Assembly (NCBI RefSeq): GCF_018977255.1
Contig: NW_024704742.1
Coordinates: forward strand, 109,556,001-109,620,000
Reading direction: 5' to 3'
DNA: 64,000 nt
Origin: Callorhinchus milii
Lineage: Eukaryota
The notes below the pieces were generated by a model. The model searched no databases and was not told the DNA's origin. It worked only from the letters and a program-made list of their open reading frames with translations. Made by a program: the position numbers and the translations under genes. Shown in pieces: positions 25,601 to 37,871 of the stretch. Every line of letters begins with the position of its first letter. Position 1 is the stretch's first letter.

Positions 25601-27112
25601 CAAAACTTTTCATCGCGTGGTCCAACAAAGAAAGTTATATTTATCGCTACCTAGTTTCTTCTCTATTATCCTGACACTTTTACCGACAATACTGAAGAGT
25701 GGTCCCTAGGCCCTGGGGGCCCACTTCTCCACATCAGTTAATTTGTCACCCAGATTTCTGATGATTCTGCTCAACATTCAACAGATTCCTTCAGTCTTTG
25801 AGCTTTCAGTGTATTATAGCCCTCATTTCTGTCACAGTATAATAGCTGAATCAGTAATACTTCTCGAAACATGAGAACTCCAGCGCAGAACCATCTACCA
25901 GGACCCCCATAGAGTTGGCTTATGATAATCCTTGCATTCCGAGATTCCCTTTTTAAACGCAACACTTTGGAGCCAGTTTAGCCCCAAGGAGATCTCGCTT
26001 ACCTCTTCCTTCAATGATGACAACCACAAGTTGGTCAGTTGGCATGCTGGTCATTGGGTTGTTTCAAAATTACGATTACAGCTTAAATATAAGCTGTTGA
26101 CCATCTCGAATGGAATTCTTATTTCTTGATTTCTGAAGCTGCGTGCAAGAAGCATGGTGCTGTTTTGTACCAAACACTTCTTTTAATTTCTCAACTCTAT
26201 AAAAACCAAGTCAGTTGCAAGGTTTGAATATTCTGTGCCTCTCACATCTGAGTAGATATAGAGTCAATTCACTTTACAGTATATTCTATGAAGCGCTTTG
26301 AGACGTCTCGAAGACGTGATAAGACACTATCTTCTAAAGCATCTCTCACATTCTTGGACAGAACACAAAACAAGGCTTGTTATCTGTTTTTAATGTTACC
26401 CTACGACATTTTTCTCTCTTACACAATTTTTAAAACAAAGATTGATGAACTAATTTATCAACAAGAAGTAATTAAGTACAATAATTTATAAATACATTAC
26501 TACCGAAGGCATTTTAGATTCTGCTGTGTTTCCACAATCATAGAGAGAAATTTGTATGAGGCACTTGTCTTACAGAATATCAAACGTTGAATATATTGGA
26601 ATAATGTGTGACTCCAGGATGAGGAACACTATTTAGAAACTAAAGAAATCATCCAATTATGAACATTTTACACATTCAGAAATTAAAAACTAATACAATT
26701 CTTTTCGCACCAATTGTGGTGATGCTGACATGAAACTGCTTCATTATTATACATTTAGGCACTTTAGATTTTAGAATGTCAGTTTTTTTTGTTTTAAATG
26801 TAAGTATGATGAATTCTTCATACATACTTTATGGCAGGTTAACAGAGGGATTGCTTTGCTGTCAATCATGGAGATGTCTGTGGACTGCTCAATTGAACCT
26901 GGTTATCCAAATTGAGGTTTGGTGTTGAACTGGGGGGAGGGGGTAATAAGCAAAAAAAAAGCTGTATATTGGATACTAATTACTATCAATAGTGATCTTT
27001 TTATTATGTTTCATAATGCAAAATCTTATTAGACTAGTATGCTGCTTAATGATGAATTATTTTATTTAGAACATTAATACCTCTGATTTACCTTTTACTT
27101 TGCACTGACCAG

Positions 27113-27283
27113 TTCTACAGGAGCAGACCAAGAAGGCAAGGAATCTGTGTCTGACTGCCCATCAACTGCAGTGTTTATCACAGATGATGAAGATTCTCCT
27201 TCATATGGAAGAGCGGGTGGAGTATCTAGCTGCTGAGGTCTTTTTAGGAAGCTGTGTCAGAGAGCAAGTCAGAAATGTTCGAG
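27113..27283 (+). CDS. KIAA0825: KIAA0825 coding exon 4 (VLQEQTKKARNL...QVRNVR)
   Basis: gaccag| acceptor and GAG|gtaaag donor; 171 nt, phase 1 to 1; open frame aligning with human VTTECPQKGRNFSL... Confidence 0.85.
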
Positions 27284-27471
27284 GTAAAGACTGTTCAGTC
27301 AGTTTACATTTATTTGTTTATTTTAATCAAATTCTTACTTAACTCCTACATTGCACAAGTCATAATAAATGTTATGGTCCCAACTGATATGACTTACTAT
27401 ACACCATTGTATATGGACCAGACTGTTGTGTGTGTGTGATCCCGACATGAGGGCTTGACTTGAACTCATGA

Positions 27472-27870
27472 TCTATTCTCGACAAATACTCCAGTGTAGC
27501 AGCCACAAAGATTATATTGCAGAAGGTGACAATGCCTTGCCAGGTGTGATGGCCAGGGCAGAATTCATATGAGGTTTCAAGAGAACTAGCTAGATATTTA
27601 AAAATAAGTTATTTGCAGGGTTATGGGAAAAAGACATCTGCATTGCCCTGAATGAATTGGTCTTTCAAAGAGCCAGCACAGACATAATGTCCTGAATGTC
27701 CTTGGTTCTATCCTTTGAATGAGATATTAACCTGAGGTCCATTGGCTATTTTGATTGTTTAGGTGCAAGTTAAAGATCCGACAACAATATTTCTAAAACA
27801 AAAATCAGAAAATTCACTTTTTATCTTGACTAATATTCTTCTAGTCCAAAATGCACCAAAATAAGTGAAG
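27472..27870 (+). mobile_element. Degraded CR1-like 3' end followed by a Deu-domain relic
   Basis: ttgcagggttatggga...tctttcaaagagccagcacagaca (CR1 3' UTR), then tttgaatgagatattaacctgaggtcc...ttaaagatcc (Deu). Confidence 0.6.
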
Positions 27871-27877
27871 AATTGAA

Positions 27878-29015
27878 CAACTTCAAATTGCATTTATATA
27901 GCTCCCTTCACATGGGGTAGCATCCCAGTGCGCTTGACAGTGCTGGAACCTGACCCCGAGCAAGGTGACCATAAGCACGATCAAAAAGGAAGGCAGAATT
28001 TGAAAATGGGGAGGGAGGGGGCAGGGTTATTAACTTATTTTTAGATATCTAGCTAGTTCCCTCTTGAAAGCTCATATAAATTCTGCCCTGACCATCATAC
28101 CTGACAAGGCATTGTCACCTTCTGCAATATAATCTTTGTGGCTGCAGCACTGGAGTATTTGTTGAGAATAGACAAGGTGGAGGGATTGAGGGAGAGAGTT
28201 CCAGAGTGTCGGGGCATGGTGCCTGAAGGCACGACCATCGATGGTGAAGTGGAGAGGACGAGGGACAAACTGGAGCCAGCCGAACGGAGGCAGCAGGTGG
28301 GGGGTGTAGGTAAGCAAATCAGATAAGTAGGGAGGTGTGAGGGCATGAAGTGATTTGAAAACGAGTGAGAGGATCTTCAAATAGATCCGTTCAGTAATTG
28401 GGAGCCAGTGGAGCCTGGCAAGGACTGAAACAGAGTTTTGTGCGAGTGAGAATGCGGGCGGCAGAGTTCTGAATTAGTTGTATTTTGTGTGTTGTGGAGC
28501 TGGGGAGACTAGCAAGAAGGGCATTGGAACAGTCCAGCCAGGAAATGATGAAGATGCATCTCAAGACCCTCCTCTTCGACCGTGCTTTCGATCATCCTGC
28601 TTCCCCCTCTGCGCTGTCCCCAGCTTTGGTCTGAAACTCTTGACTCTCCAGCACCTTTGGACGTCCTCCCGACATGAAAAGCTCTATACAAATGTTGTTG
28701 TTGTTGACGAAGGTGTGGATGAGAGTTCCGGCTGCTTTGGTTGTGATGTACAGAAGGAAGCGGGCAACGTGACGGAGGTGGAAAAAAGCGTTCCTGGTCA
28801 GGGAAGGGATGTGGGGTAGAAAGGAAAATTGAGGATTAAACCTGATGCCTAAATTGCGCACGGGTTCAGCGAGTTTGAGAGAGAGCCTGGGGAGGTTGAG
28901 GAGTTCAGATCCGCAGGAGAGAAGACCTTGATGGGAGCCAATGGTATGGCTTACGTCTTGCTGACATTCAGCTGCAGGAAATTTGTGCTCATCCATGCCT
29001 TGATATCTGCCAAGG
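27878..29015 (-). mobile_element. Older L2 fragment carrying two insertions (28031-28172 and 28557-28704)
   Basis: Tail at ~27880; minus frames KILSLVFKSLHALTPPYLSDLL and VRNLGIRFNPQFSFLPHI. Confidence 0.85.
28557..28704 (+). mobile_element. Short younger L2 3' end nested in an older L2
   Basis: catctcaagaccctcctcttcgaccg...ggacgtcctcccgacatgaaaagctctata (GTT)n, flanked by tgatgaagatg / tgacgaaggtg. Confidence 0.85.
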
Positions 29016-29141
29016 AATGTCCGGATTGAAGGAAAACTTAAAGATATATTTGCTTATGGGCTCATTTTGCTGAATTTTGTGAAGTTGATGACATACAAAA
29101 AGACAACTTTTGCTAGAATGTAATGCTATGTTGTACGTTAG

Positions 29142-29236
29142 GTGTATTAAAGAAGACCTCCGAAGACATTGACATGTCTCCTGTAGAGATGAACAAAACC
29201 AACATACAAACTGAACAGCTATTGTTTGTCACTGAG
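29142..29236 (+). CDS. KIAA0825: KIAA0825 coding exon 5 (GVLKKTSEDIDM...LLFVTE)
   Basis: cgttag| acceptor and GAG|gtaatc donor; 95 nt, phase 1 to 0; similar to human GILEKSDRE...NETNIPSEQ. Confidence 0.85.
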
Positions 29237-29592
29237 GTAATCTGAATTTTCTGTTTGGGTATCTCTACTTGCAGCCAACATGCAGCTGTACTTTGTGTGC
29301 TGCATTACTTTATCACTATTTTATAACTTAAAACGTCCAATCTGACTGTCATGAAGACTATTAAAAAATAGTTTTCAATCTCGCTTCCAGCAGGCAATAA
29401 TTTCAAATGCTGAAAAACTTGTGAAAGCTTGCTTGTGTCCTATAATATAACACAAATGGTACTTTTGCTTGATAGCATACTTATAGAATTGGCCAGCAGC
29501 ATTGTTATGGCAGCAAATGAATCCCAAGCGTATTGTAAAGCAAATAATATGACTGTTTGATAATCCAATGCCAAAACATTTACTGTTGAATT

Positions 29593-30031
29593 TGAATTCA
29601 AGATCCTCATCCTCACCTACAAGTCCATTCACGGCCTTGCTCCCTCCTACCTCTCTGACCTGCTATCCCCCTACTTACCTGCCCGTACCCTCCGTTCCTC
29701 TGGCTCCGGTCTGCTCCACATCCCCCGCCCCAACCGCCCTACCATCGGTGGCCGGGCCTTCAGCCTCTCAGCCCCGAGGCTCTGGAAGTCTATCCCCAGT
29801 GCCTTCGCCGCCTCCTCCCTTTCCTCCTTCAAGGCCGGTCTCAAGACCTTTCTCTTTGACCATGCCTTCAGCTCCCCTCTCGACTCTCTACCCCCTCCTC
29901 GCTCCCTCCCTCCCTCCCCTCACCCTGACCATTTCCCCCCTGCTCGGGTCCTGACCCTACTGTACAGCGCCTTGGGACGGCCTCCCGACGTGAAAGGCGC
30001 TCTATATATGGAATCTTGTTGTTGTTGTTGT
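29593..30031 (+). mobile_element. Young L2 3' fragment
   Basis: Same subfamily as 21895 and 40715; tail ggaatcttgttgttgttgttg. Confidence 0.92.
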
Positions 30032-30438
30032 CTTTCTCTTGTGTGTAATAAAGTTCAAAGTTATGTAGGTCACTGCTGGCCTTTGTGGGAGCTCTTGGGT
30101 TAATGCTGCGTCTCAGCAATTTTCACTGGTGGTATAATATTGGATGGGAAATATTTATAGTTCTGTGAATACTTTTTATGTGCTGCCATTGATGATGTCC
30201 ACACTTGTGAACAATGTGTTTATACAATCAGTAGGACGTTATTTTCAATGTATCCTGCTTGTCTTTTTCCATTGCTGTTCCACAAAAACTACTTTTAAAA
30301 AATCTTTGTAGCAGACACTTACGCATGTATTGCAGAATATAGCTAATTATTTCCAAGCACTGTGCCATATTGCATTTTGGAATTGCATGTCATTATTGTG
30401 GATTTACCATTGTGTGCCACTGGGCTGTGCTGATGAAG

Positions 30439-30741
30439 ATAATAAAAATAATAATAATCCTTGCATTTGATATAGCACTTTTCATGTCTTCTGGACGTCT
30501 CAAAGGGCTTCACAGAATATATTATAAAGTGAATTGTCTGTACATTTGTGGTCGAAACACGGCAGCCAATTGTGCACAGCAGTGTACCACAAACATTCGT
30601 GAATTGAAGTGACCAATTTATTGGGATTATTATCAGGTGTGGAGTAAGGAAACTTGCTCAAGGTTTCGCCCTGCCCGGAATCGAACACCCAGGTCTCTTG
30701 CTTGCGAGACGCATCTTCTAACCACTGAACTACAGGACTCC
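30439..30741 (-). mobile_element. tRNA-derived SINE, short variant
   Basis: (AAT)n tail at left, head ...actgaactacaggactcc at right. Confidence 0.9.
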
Positions 30742-30910
30742 TAAGATTATATTGCAGAAGGTGATAATGTCTTGGTGATGGTCAGGGTAGAGTCCACATT
30801 AGCCTTCAAGAGAACTTGCTAGATATCTAAAAAGGAAAGCTGTTCAGAGCTTGTACAAACTCCTGTGTCCTTTGTTACATTTCTAACTTTATTGCCTGCT
30901 TATATTGCAG

Positions 30911-31129
30911 TCAGTATCTCTTGAGTCTGATTGGAGAGATGCTTTTAAGGACTTGGCACCCTCTGCAGCCCACTGTTTAAAGTTGGTAATTGAAGATGCA
31001 TGTGCAAAGAGCCTGCAGCAAGAAATGAAGCAGTCCATGTCAGGTATATATTTGGTGACAAGCATTCAACCAGCAGACGTGAATTGGGTTCATTGCATGG
31101 AAGAGGAGCAATCAAAAAAAGTTGCAAAG
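30911..31129 (+). CDS. KIAA0825: KIAA0825 coding exon 6 (SVSLESDWRDAFK...EEEQSKKVAK)
   Basis: ttgcag| acceptor and AAG|gtaaat donor; 219 nt, phase 0 to 0. Confidence 0.92.
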
Positions 31130-31770
31130 GTAAATAAAACATTGACATGGACTCAGGAAAAGAAGTGGTGCACCTAAAGAAGTATTATGTTTATTTTTCT
31201 GTTTTCCCCCCTTCTCTACTTTTTATCACAACCTCTCTTCTCTGTTTATTTTTAACCTCCCTTTCATCTGATTTCCCCTCCTGCCCTGGCTTTATAGCTA
31301 ACTTGGCTTAGAGACGAGTGGATACCACTGTCGTGTTTTTTATTTATTTTGTTTTCCAAGGAACATCAGTCAATGATGGGATAGTATGCATGAATATACA
31401 AGCTGGGGATTTGATGGGCTCATCCCAAGCTTTTGATATTATGATCTTTTTTCCAATAAGTATTCTTAAATGTCACCATTTGGTAATCTCAAACATATTC
31501 TTGTTATAAAACTGCACACAGCAGCAGAACAATATTTTATGGAAATAGGTTAAATGTAGTCTCCATGAATCACATATTTTTCAAAATAGCTAGTACATTA
31601 TTTCTATCAGAATCATTTATATTGGAATGAGCCGGACTATCTTTTGACAGACTTCTATATATTATTGAACTATGTCAATTCTTTGAAATGACAATGTGGC
31701 CACAAACTACATAAGCTATATAGTGTTTTCAGACCTTGAATAACTTGATGCCACATTTATTCTTTTCCAG

Positions 31771-32036
31771 TTTTGTTCTGATATCATGGAAGAACTCGAC
31801 ACATTACTTCCACTAGCCCTGGCAAGCAGCGAGAACTTTCTTCAGGAAATTAGAGCAAACTTTGTAGATGGATGTTCTAAAGTAGCTGCAGCTATCCTGT
31901 CCAGGCTAGAGGAGAGAAGTAAAGAGGTGCCCTCCAAGGCACCAGTGCAAAACTTGTACATTATCCTCTCCTCAGCAATGTTCATCCATAGGCAGTTAAA
32001 TCATTATGAGAATTTGCTGAAAGAGTCGAGCAAGAA
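31771..32036 (+). CDS. KIAA0825: KIAA0825 coding exon 7 (FCSDIMEELDTLLPLALA...KESSK)
   Basis: ttttccag| acceptor and AA|gtaagt donor; 266 nt, phase 0 to 2; strong match (KEVPSKAP). Confidence 0.95.
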
Positions 32037-32534
32037 GTAAGTATTTGCAAATTATAACTTCACTCCACCATTTAACTTGCAAATAACTCAAACCACAGAA
32101 TAAATATTATGCTTATCAACTCCAACAAGATTACATTTGTATAGCGCCTTTCATGTTGGGAGGACGTCCCAAAGCGCTTATGTGGTTTTCTGACCTTCAG
32201 GTTTGCTTATAAAATAAAAGGCAAATTTTAAGTTTCTGTGTACAATAATTAATATTATGCTGTTGAATAGCAATACCTGTATAAATGCTATTTGACACTG
32301 ATATTCTGAAAGGGGATTGTGTATTTTTCAAAAAACAGATGTATGTTTCAAAGACTTCAAATCAAAGAACATATTATAAAAAGTGTTTGAGTGCTAACTT
32401 CAGCTCAGGCTCAGGATATAGAGGAAATGAATGATTGATACTAAATAATCAGAACCATTTGTAGTGCTGAAGATTATTGGCTTTTAATGCTAAGGCTTTA
32501 AATCTCTGTCTCTTTGATCATTTTCTCTGAGTAG

Positions 32535-32685
32535 GCCATTGTTCCTCCTGCCAATTCAACGATATCAGGAATTCATCACAGTTGTCCAGTTTCAAGTTAC
32601 AGATTACTGCGTAAGAATTTGCGCTACAAGCATTCTCCAGGATGCAGAAAGCCACCATTGGGGTGACTCAAAACCTTTTTATGAG
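32535..32685 (+). CDS. KIAA0825: KIAA0825 coding exon 8 ([13 protein letters not shown]...[11 protein letters not shown])
   Basis: gagtag| acceptor and GAG|gtagga donor; 151 nt, phase 2 to 0. Confidence 0.95.
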
Positions 32686-33239
32686 GTAGGAATCAGTTCA
32701 GTTGGTTTCCCTTGTATTTTTTGGGGGAATTTGTTACAGTTGTATTGTGTTGCTATCTCGAGTCACGGGTAATAATAAATAATAATCCTTGCATTTGATA
32801 TAGTGCCTTATCACGTCATCGAGCCATCTCAAAGCACTTCACAGAATATATTGTAAATTAGAGTAACTGTATTTTGTGGACAAAATGCACAATATTAATT
32901 AAAAATTTATTAAAAAGTAAGACAAAAAGTAAAAGTAAGTAATATTACTTGTGCATAGGGGCTTCCACTTATTTCAACATATTTAATGCCGAATACTAGA
33001 TGGTAAACAAATAGTTTCTAAAGAAAATCTAAAGTGGTAATTAATATGGATTGTTACAGAGAAGGTTGTTAACAGGCTCACTGTTTATCTTACCAGTGAA
33101 AAACCATTACTGCAGCTATAATACTTCTTTTGACGAAAGAACATCATCCTGTAACTGCGGCTTTCTTTGTCCAGAGAGGAACCTTATGCTTTTAATCAAT
33201 TTTGGGATGTGACTAGCCTCTAACTGATGTATTACCCTA

Positions 33240-33575
33240 AACTAATTGGAAAACTAATTGAATCAATCATTAGAAACAGAATCAGAAACAGACAAGATCT
33301 ACCCTTCTTTTATTAGCCCATTTCCATACAGTTAATAAAGATTAATAATGGGCTAAAAAAAGAAGGGTAGATCTTGTCTGACCATTCCTATAGATGTTTT
33401 TAAGAGGTGACATTCCATTTTGGCAGTGGGAAGCCATTTGGCATTATGTACCTAGACTTCCAAAATACTTCATAAAGTACTACACAAGAAATTTCTTCAC
33501 AACTGATGTCAAGGGTAAACTGTATACATGGATTGGTAACTGCTTAATGAGAAGTAACCAGGAAGCAGTCTCAAG
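33240..33575 (+). mobile_element. Highly degraded CR1 RT fragment containing a 34-bp inverted repeat
   Basis: Pieces translate as GKLIESIIRNRI, KGRSCLT, YLDFQ, GKLYTWIGNCL (CR1 RT motifs). Confidence 0.7.
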
Positions 33576-33644
33576 CTTTAAATTTAGACCAGCGAGAGAC
33601 TTCTAGGCACTAAAAAATTGTATTTCATAACAATTCTCTGGTCT

Positions 33645-33897
33645 CACGTCTTGTAGACGTCTCAAAGCGCTTCACAGAATATACTGTACAGCGAATTGAC
33701 TTTGTGGGTGAAATGCAGCAGCCAATTGCAGTGTCCCACAAACGGTCGTGGATTGAGTGACCAATTTATTATTGTTTTATTTTCTTGAGGGATTATTACC
33801 AGGTGTGTGGAGTAAGGAAACTTGTCCAAGGTTCCACCCTGCCGGGCAAAGAATCCAGGTCTCTCTTGCGAGGCGAGTGCTTTAACCAATGAGCTTC
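33645..33897 (-). mobile_element. tRNA-derived SINE, both ends clipped
   Basis: cacgtcttgtagacgtctcaaagcgcttcac tail; gtgtggagtaaggaaacttg body; head remnant. Confidence 0.85.
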
Positions 33898-33899
33898 AG

Positions 33900-34365
33900 T
33901 CACCCTCGCCTGACTCCACTGGCTCCCCATCCCTCAGAGGATCGAATTCAAGATCCTCATCCTCACTTTCAAGGCCATCCATTGCCTTGCCCCCTCCTAC
34001 CTCTCTGACCTGCTGACTCCCTACCAACCTGCCCGCTCCCTCCGTTCAGCGGGCTCCGGCCTGCTCCATGTCTCCCGCTCAACCCTCCCTATCATCGGTG
34101 GCTGGGCGTTTAGCTCTCCGGCGCCCCACTCTGGAACTCCATCCCACAGTCCCTCACTTCGCTTCCTCCCTTGCCTCCTGCAAGGCCAGTCTCAAGACCC
34201 TCCTCCTCTTCAATCGTGCCTTCAGTTCGCCTTTCCACCTCTTTGCCTTCCTTCACCCCTACCTCACCCCTGCCCCATGCTCGGGTCCTGACCCGACTGT
34301 CCAGTGCCTTGGGACGTCCTCCCAACGTGAAAGGTGCTCTATAAATATAAATTTGTTATTGTTGA
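33900..34365 (+). mobile_element. L2 3' fragment
   Basis: ctccactggctccccatccc...; gggacgtcctcccaacgtgaaaggtgctctata tail. Confidence 0.88.
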
Positions 34366-34389
34366 ACTACAAGACTCCAAAACAACATA

Positions 34390-34775
34390 TAAACAACATG
34401 GCTGATACTTCATGTTAAAGGCATGAAGTATGAAGAACAACTGGATAAACTGGGCTTCACACTTGAAAAGAGATATCTCAGAGGGGACCTAATAGGTATA
34501 TAAATTGTTTAATGAACAAATAATATAATAATTTCAGATATGCCAAGGCAGTAGGACAAGCTAGACACAGGTTCAAGGCTGTGAAGGACACTTTTAGGGA
34601 AAAAAAAGGAACCATTTCTTTACATGGATATGCATCAAAAATTGAAATGGGTTACCAGAAAGGGTGGACAAGCCAGAATACTGGGCTCTTTTCAAAAAGC
34701 TCCTTGCAAATGTAATGGAGTTTATTTTCTGAAAGGATGAGATTAAATGGGCCCAAGGGCCTTCTTCCTCCAAAC
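34390..34775 (+). mobile_element. Degraded CR1 3' fragment
   Basis: YEEQLDKLG..TLEKRYLRGDL-like sequence; ends gatgagattaaatgggcccaagggccttcttc. Confidence 0.7.
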
Positions 34776-36999
34776 CTCTTTTGTGACATTATCTCCACTT
34801 TACTATCAGCGACATTAGTCATCAGAGGTAAAATGTGTGTTGGGACCAGTAGTACCACTGATCCAATCCCCTCCCCATCTCCAAGTACTGCTGTTAACTA
34901 CAGACAAAAATATTCGCCTTTTAGCCTGAACTTCGATAATCATTTCAGTTCTAAAATAAGGTTACGCACAATTGTCCTTTGTGGCCTATTATTCAAAAAA
35001 TACAGTATATCAGGTGCCTCTAGGTTGTTTTATTACTACTTTCAAATGCATTTTGTGTAGCTTTTGTAGGCTTTATTAGTGTGATATTTAATGTGATTTC
35101 CATGCAGGCATTCCTAATAGAGATTTAGATCAGAACAAACATGTATCAATATAGTTATAATTTACTGGAATATTGTTTAAGCCTCAAGCCCAAGGCAATT
35201 GAGAGTATTTGAATCACTAGGACGTATTTGTTACACTCAAAATAAAGTTCAATTTACTTTAGAGCTGACTGCAAAGATGTAATATTAAAGATTAAACAAA
35301 CAGTGTTTCCAGTTTGAATTTTTAAGCACTCAATTCATTTAGTTCAGCTGTAGCTGTAATTTTTATGTACAATATAGGATTTGGCACAAGGCCCACAGTA
35401 ATCACTTGAGACTCAATCTTCTAGCTTCTTCCCACTTAAGAACATAAGAAATGCTAGACAAAAAAAGACCAAGGTCCATCCAGTTCGCCTTCTACCTTCC
35501 TGGCGGTCGAATGCACATAAGTCCCAAACTACCTATGAACTATATCCCATAAAGTTATTTTCTAAAAGTATTGAATTGCAAGCTACGAGATTTTACTTGT
35601 GCAAAATCCAGCAATATCCGAAGATATACTCTGAGGTCCCCAAGGCTTGGCTCTCATGAACGTGTGCCTAATACTTATCAGAATTAAATAAGCAAGCTGC
35701 ATCCTTCTTGGGAGAAAGTGTGCACTCCATTCCAGACAGAGGGAAATTTCTGTGCATAGGCAGCATGCATATGTAGAAATCTCAGTCTGGTTGGGATACT
35801 TAAGTATAGTAACAAGTTTCCGCGGGCGTCAGACACCAGCCTAACCAAAACAAATACTCAAAACTGCTTCTAAGACCTGGTCACCCCTCTTTTGCTCTTA
35901 TGACAGAACTGTTCACATTTCTCAAGCAAGTGTGGGCTGAACAAAGAACTGTACAGCTTGAGCATATCTTCTGGGGATCTGAATTTATTTGGCAATAGAA
36001 CGTTTGTCTTATTTCTTGCTGTTTCACATTGTTTGGACGTGGCGAGCAATGTGAGTTAACTAACGCACTGAGGTCTCTTTCAATGTCCCTGCCCACTTTG
36101 CTTTTATGAATGATCCCAAATTTTTTTTTAGAATGATTTACTCTCATTATATTTTATACAAATGGTGTTGGGGAAAATGCTGGTATAATTAAGTTCATCA
36201 GAGAAATTATGAGTTGATTTATTTGACAACATAAATGTAAACTGTCATTAAATATTATTGATAAGTTGTGTTTTTTTAATATGCTATGCTAATTGATGGT
36301 TTTGATTTTTAAAAAATTGATCTGGTCATTCAGTCTAAATAAATTAAAATCAAAGCAAAAAAATTAAAACTAAATTAAAATTAGTTTTATTAATCTATCT
36401 CTAAGTTTGTCTGTCACATTGGAAACAAAATTATGTTGATAAAAAGTAAAGCTAGATCAATAGTCTTGGAGATTAATAAAATTGAGTAAGGTTTTGCAAG
36501 TTATAGGACATCTTAGACTTGCTTTTTTTTACTTTTGGAATTGGAATATTAAAGTAGTTTAACTTCTAAGCCATTTTCTCATCTGAGAAACTGCTTGATG
36601 CTGTCATAAAAAGACACTTGTGTAAGTAATCTGATAATCAACTGGGCCAAAGAGCATCATTTGTTCCTAATCTTTTCTACATTTCGAAGAAGGAACTTTA
36701 ATTTATCCCACAGGATATTAACTGAAGTAACAGATTTTCTAAAGTGTTTGGTGCCAAAGGATTAATTATTTCAAGAAGTGTATTCTTTTATTTTATGATT
36801 GCAGATTTTAATTGACTTCTCTGAAAGAAGTCCAGTAGGTATTTGACAATATTTTCATGGGAAATCAAATTAACCATGTATATATTCAAAATGTGCTAAA
36901 TGTAGCACAAAATTCAACGTAACCCAAAATAACGCATTTTAAGGTACACATCCGTGACAGTTTTTCAGTAGTTTTCTTCAATTTGATCAATTCTCAAAG

Positions 37000-37092
37000 C
37001 TTATATGATTATTATATTGTTATGATTATTATATTATTATATGGTTATATTGTTATTATTATATTATTATATTAGTTATATGATAATCATAT
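37000..37092. repeat. AT-rich low-complexity tandem repeat (tatgattattatattgt-like)
   Basis: Directly visible degenerate units. Confidence 0.8.
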
Positions 37093-37680
37093 TGAACTCG
37101 ATCTCTGCAATTGTAAATCTTACAAAAATACAAAAAATCAAATGTTTTTGCAGGTTACATATACTTTGGATAGGATATAATACAGAAAATAAATTTTAAC
37201 CAGCCATAGTTTACTTTCAAACTTTGAAATTTGATTGGAAAGTTTCATGCCAGTTCTCTATTACAATCTTTTATGTATGTGATGATTTCATCAAATTAAT
37301 GTTGAACAACCAATGCCTGCACCATAAATTCACCTGTTAGTTGCGAAACATAATGCTTTTCTTGGTGTTTTTACAATTTACTTTTTGATTCATAATAATT
37401 TATACATTCGACTAGTAAATCCTGTACTAGGAAGCTCATAATTTACACATTTAAACAAAAATGCATCATCAGCTTGCTTTCATTGATTTCCCAAATTCAT
37501 TTCTGGTATTTATAAATGAAGAAGATAAACCTTTTGTGAATGTTGCTATGCATTACATCTTATCAATGTTATCGGATGCTGTATCAGCTACAATGTATTA
37601 TCAGTTTAGATTGAATTAACTACTTTTTGGAGAAGCTATTATCTTACTGTCTGCTATTTATTCAATTGTTAATTTAACAG

Positions 37681-37871
37681 GGGGAGAGGTGCTCTTTTTC
37701 CATCCAAATGTGGCATTATTACTGCAGTGCTCTCCGATATGATCTGTATAACGTGTTGCCCTCCACATTAGCACAGGAGCTCCTAGCTGAAGTGTTGAGT
37801 GAATGCTTAGCTATTCTGGCATGCAGATATTCTCAGTCTTGTCCTACGTATAACAGAACTTCACAGATAAG
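37681..37871 (+). CDS. KIAA0825: KIAA0825 coding exon 9 (GERCSFSIQMWHYY...RTSQI)
   Basis: ttaacag| acceptor and AG|gtaagc donor; 191 nt, phase 0 to 2. Absent from the ORF track but highly conserved. Confidence 0.95.

Noticed and set aside
27113..27126. Downstream acceptor ctacag at 27120 for exon 4
   Set aside because: An 8-nt shift would break the frame; the 27113 start keeps phase and alignment.
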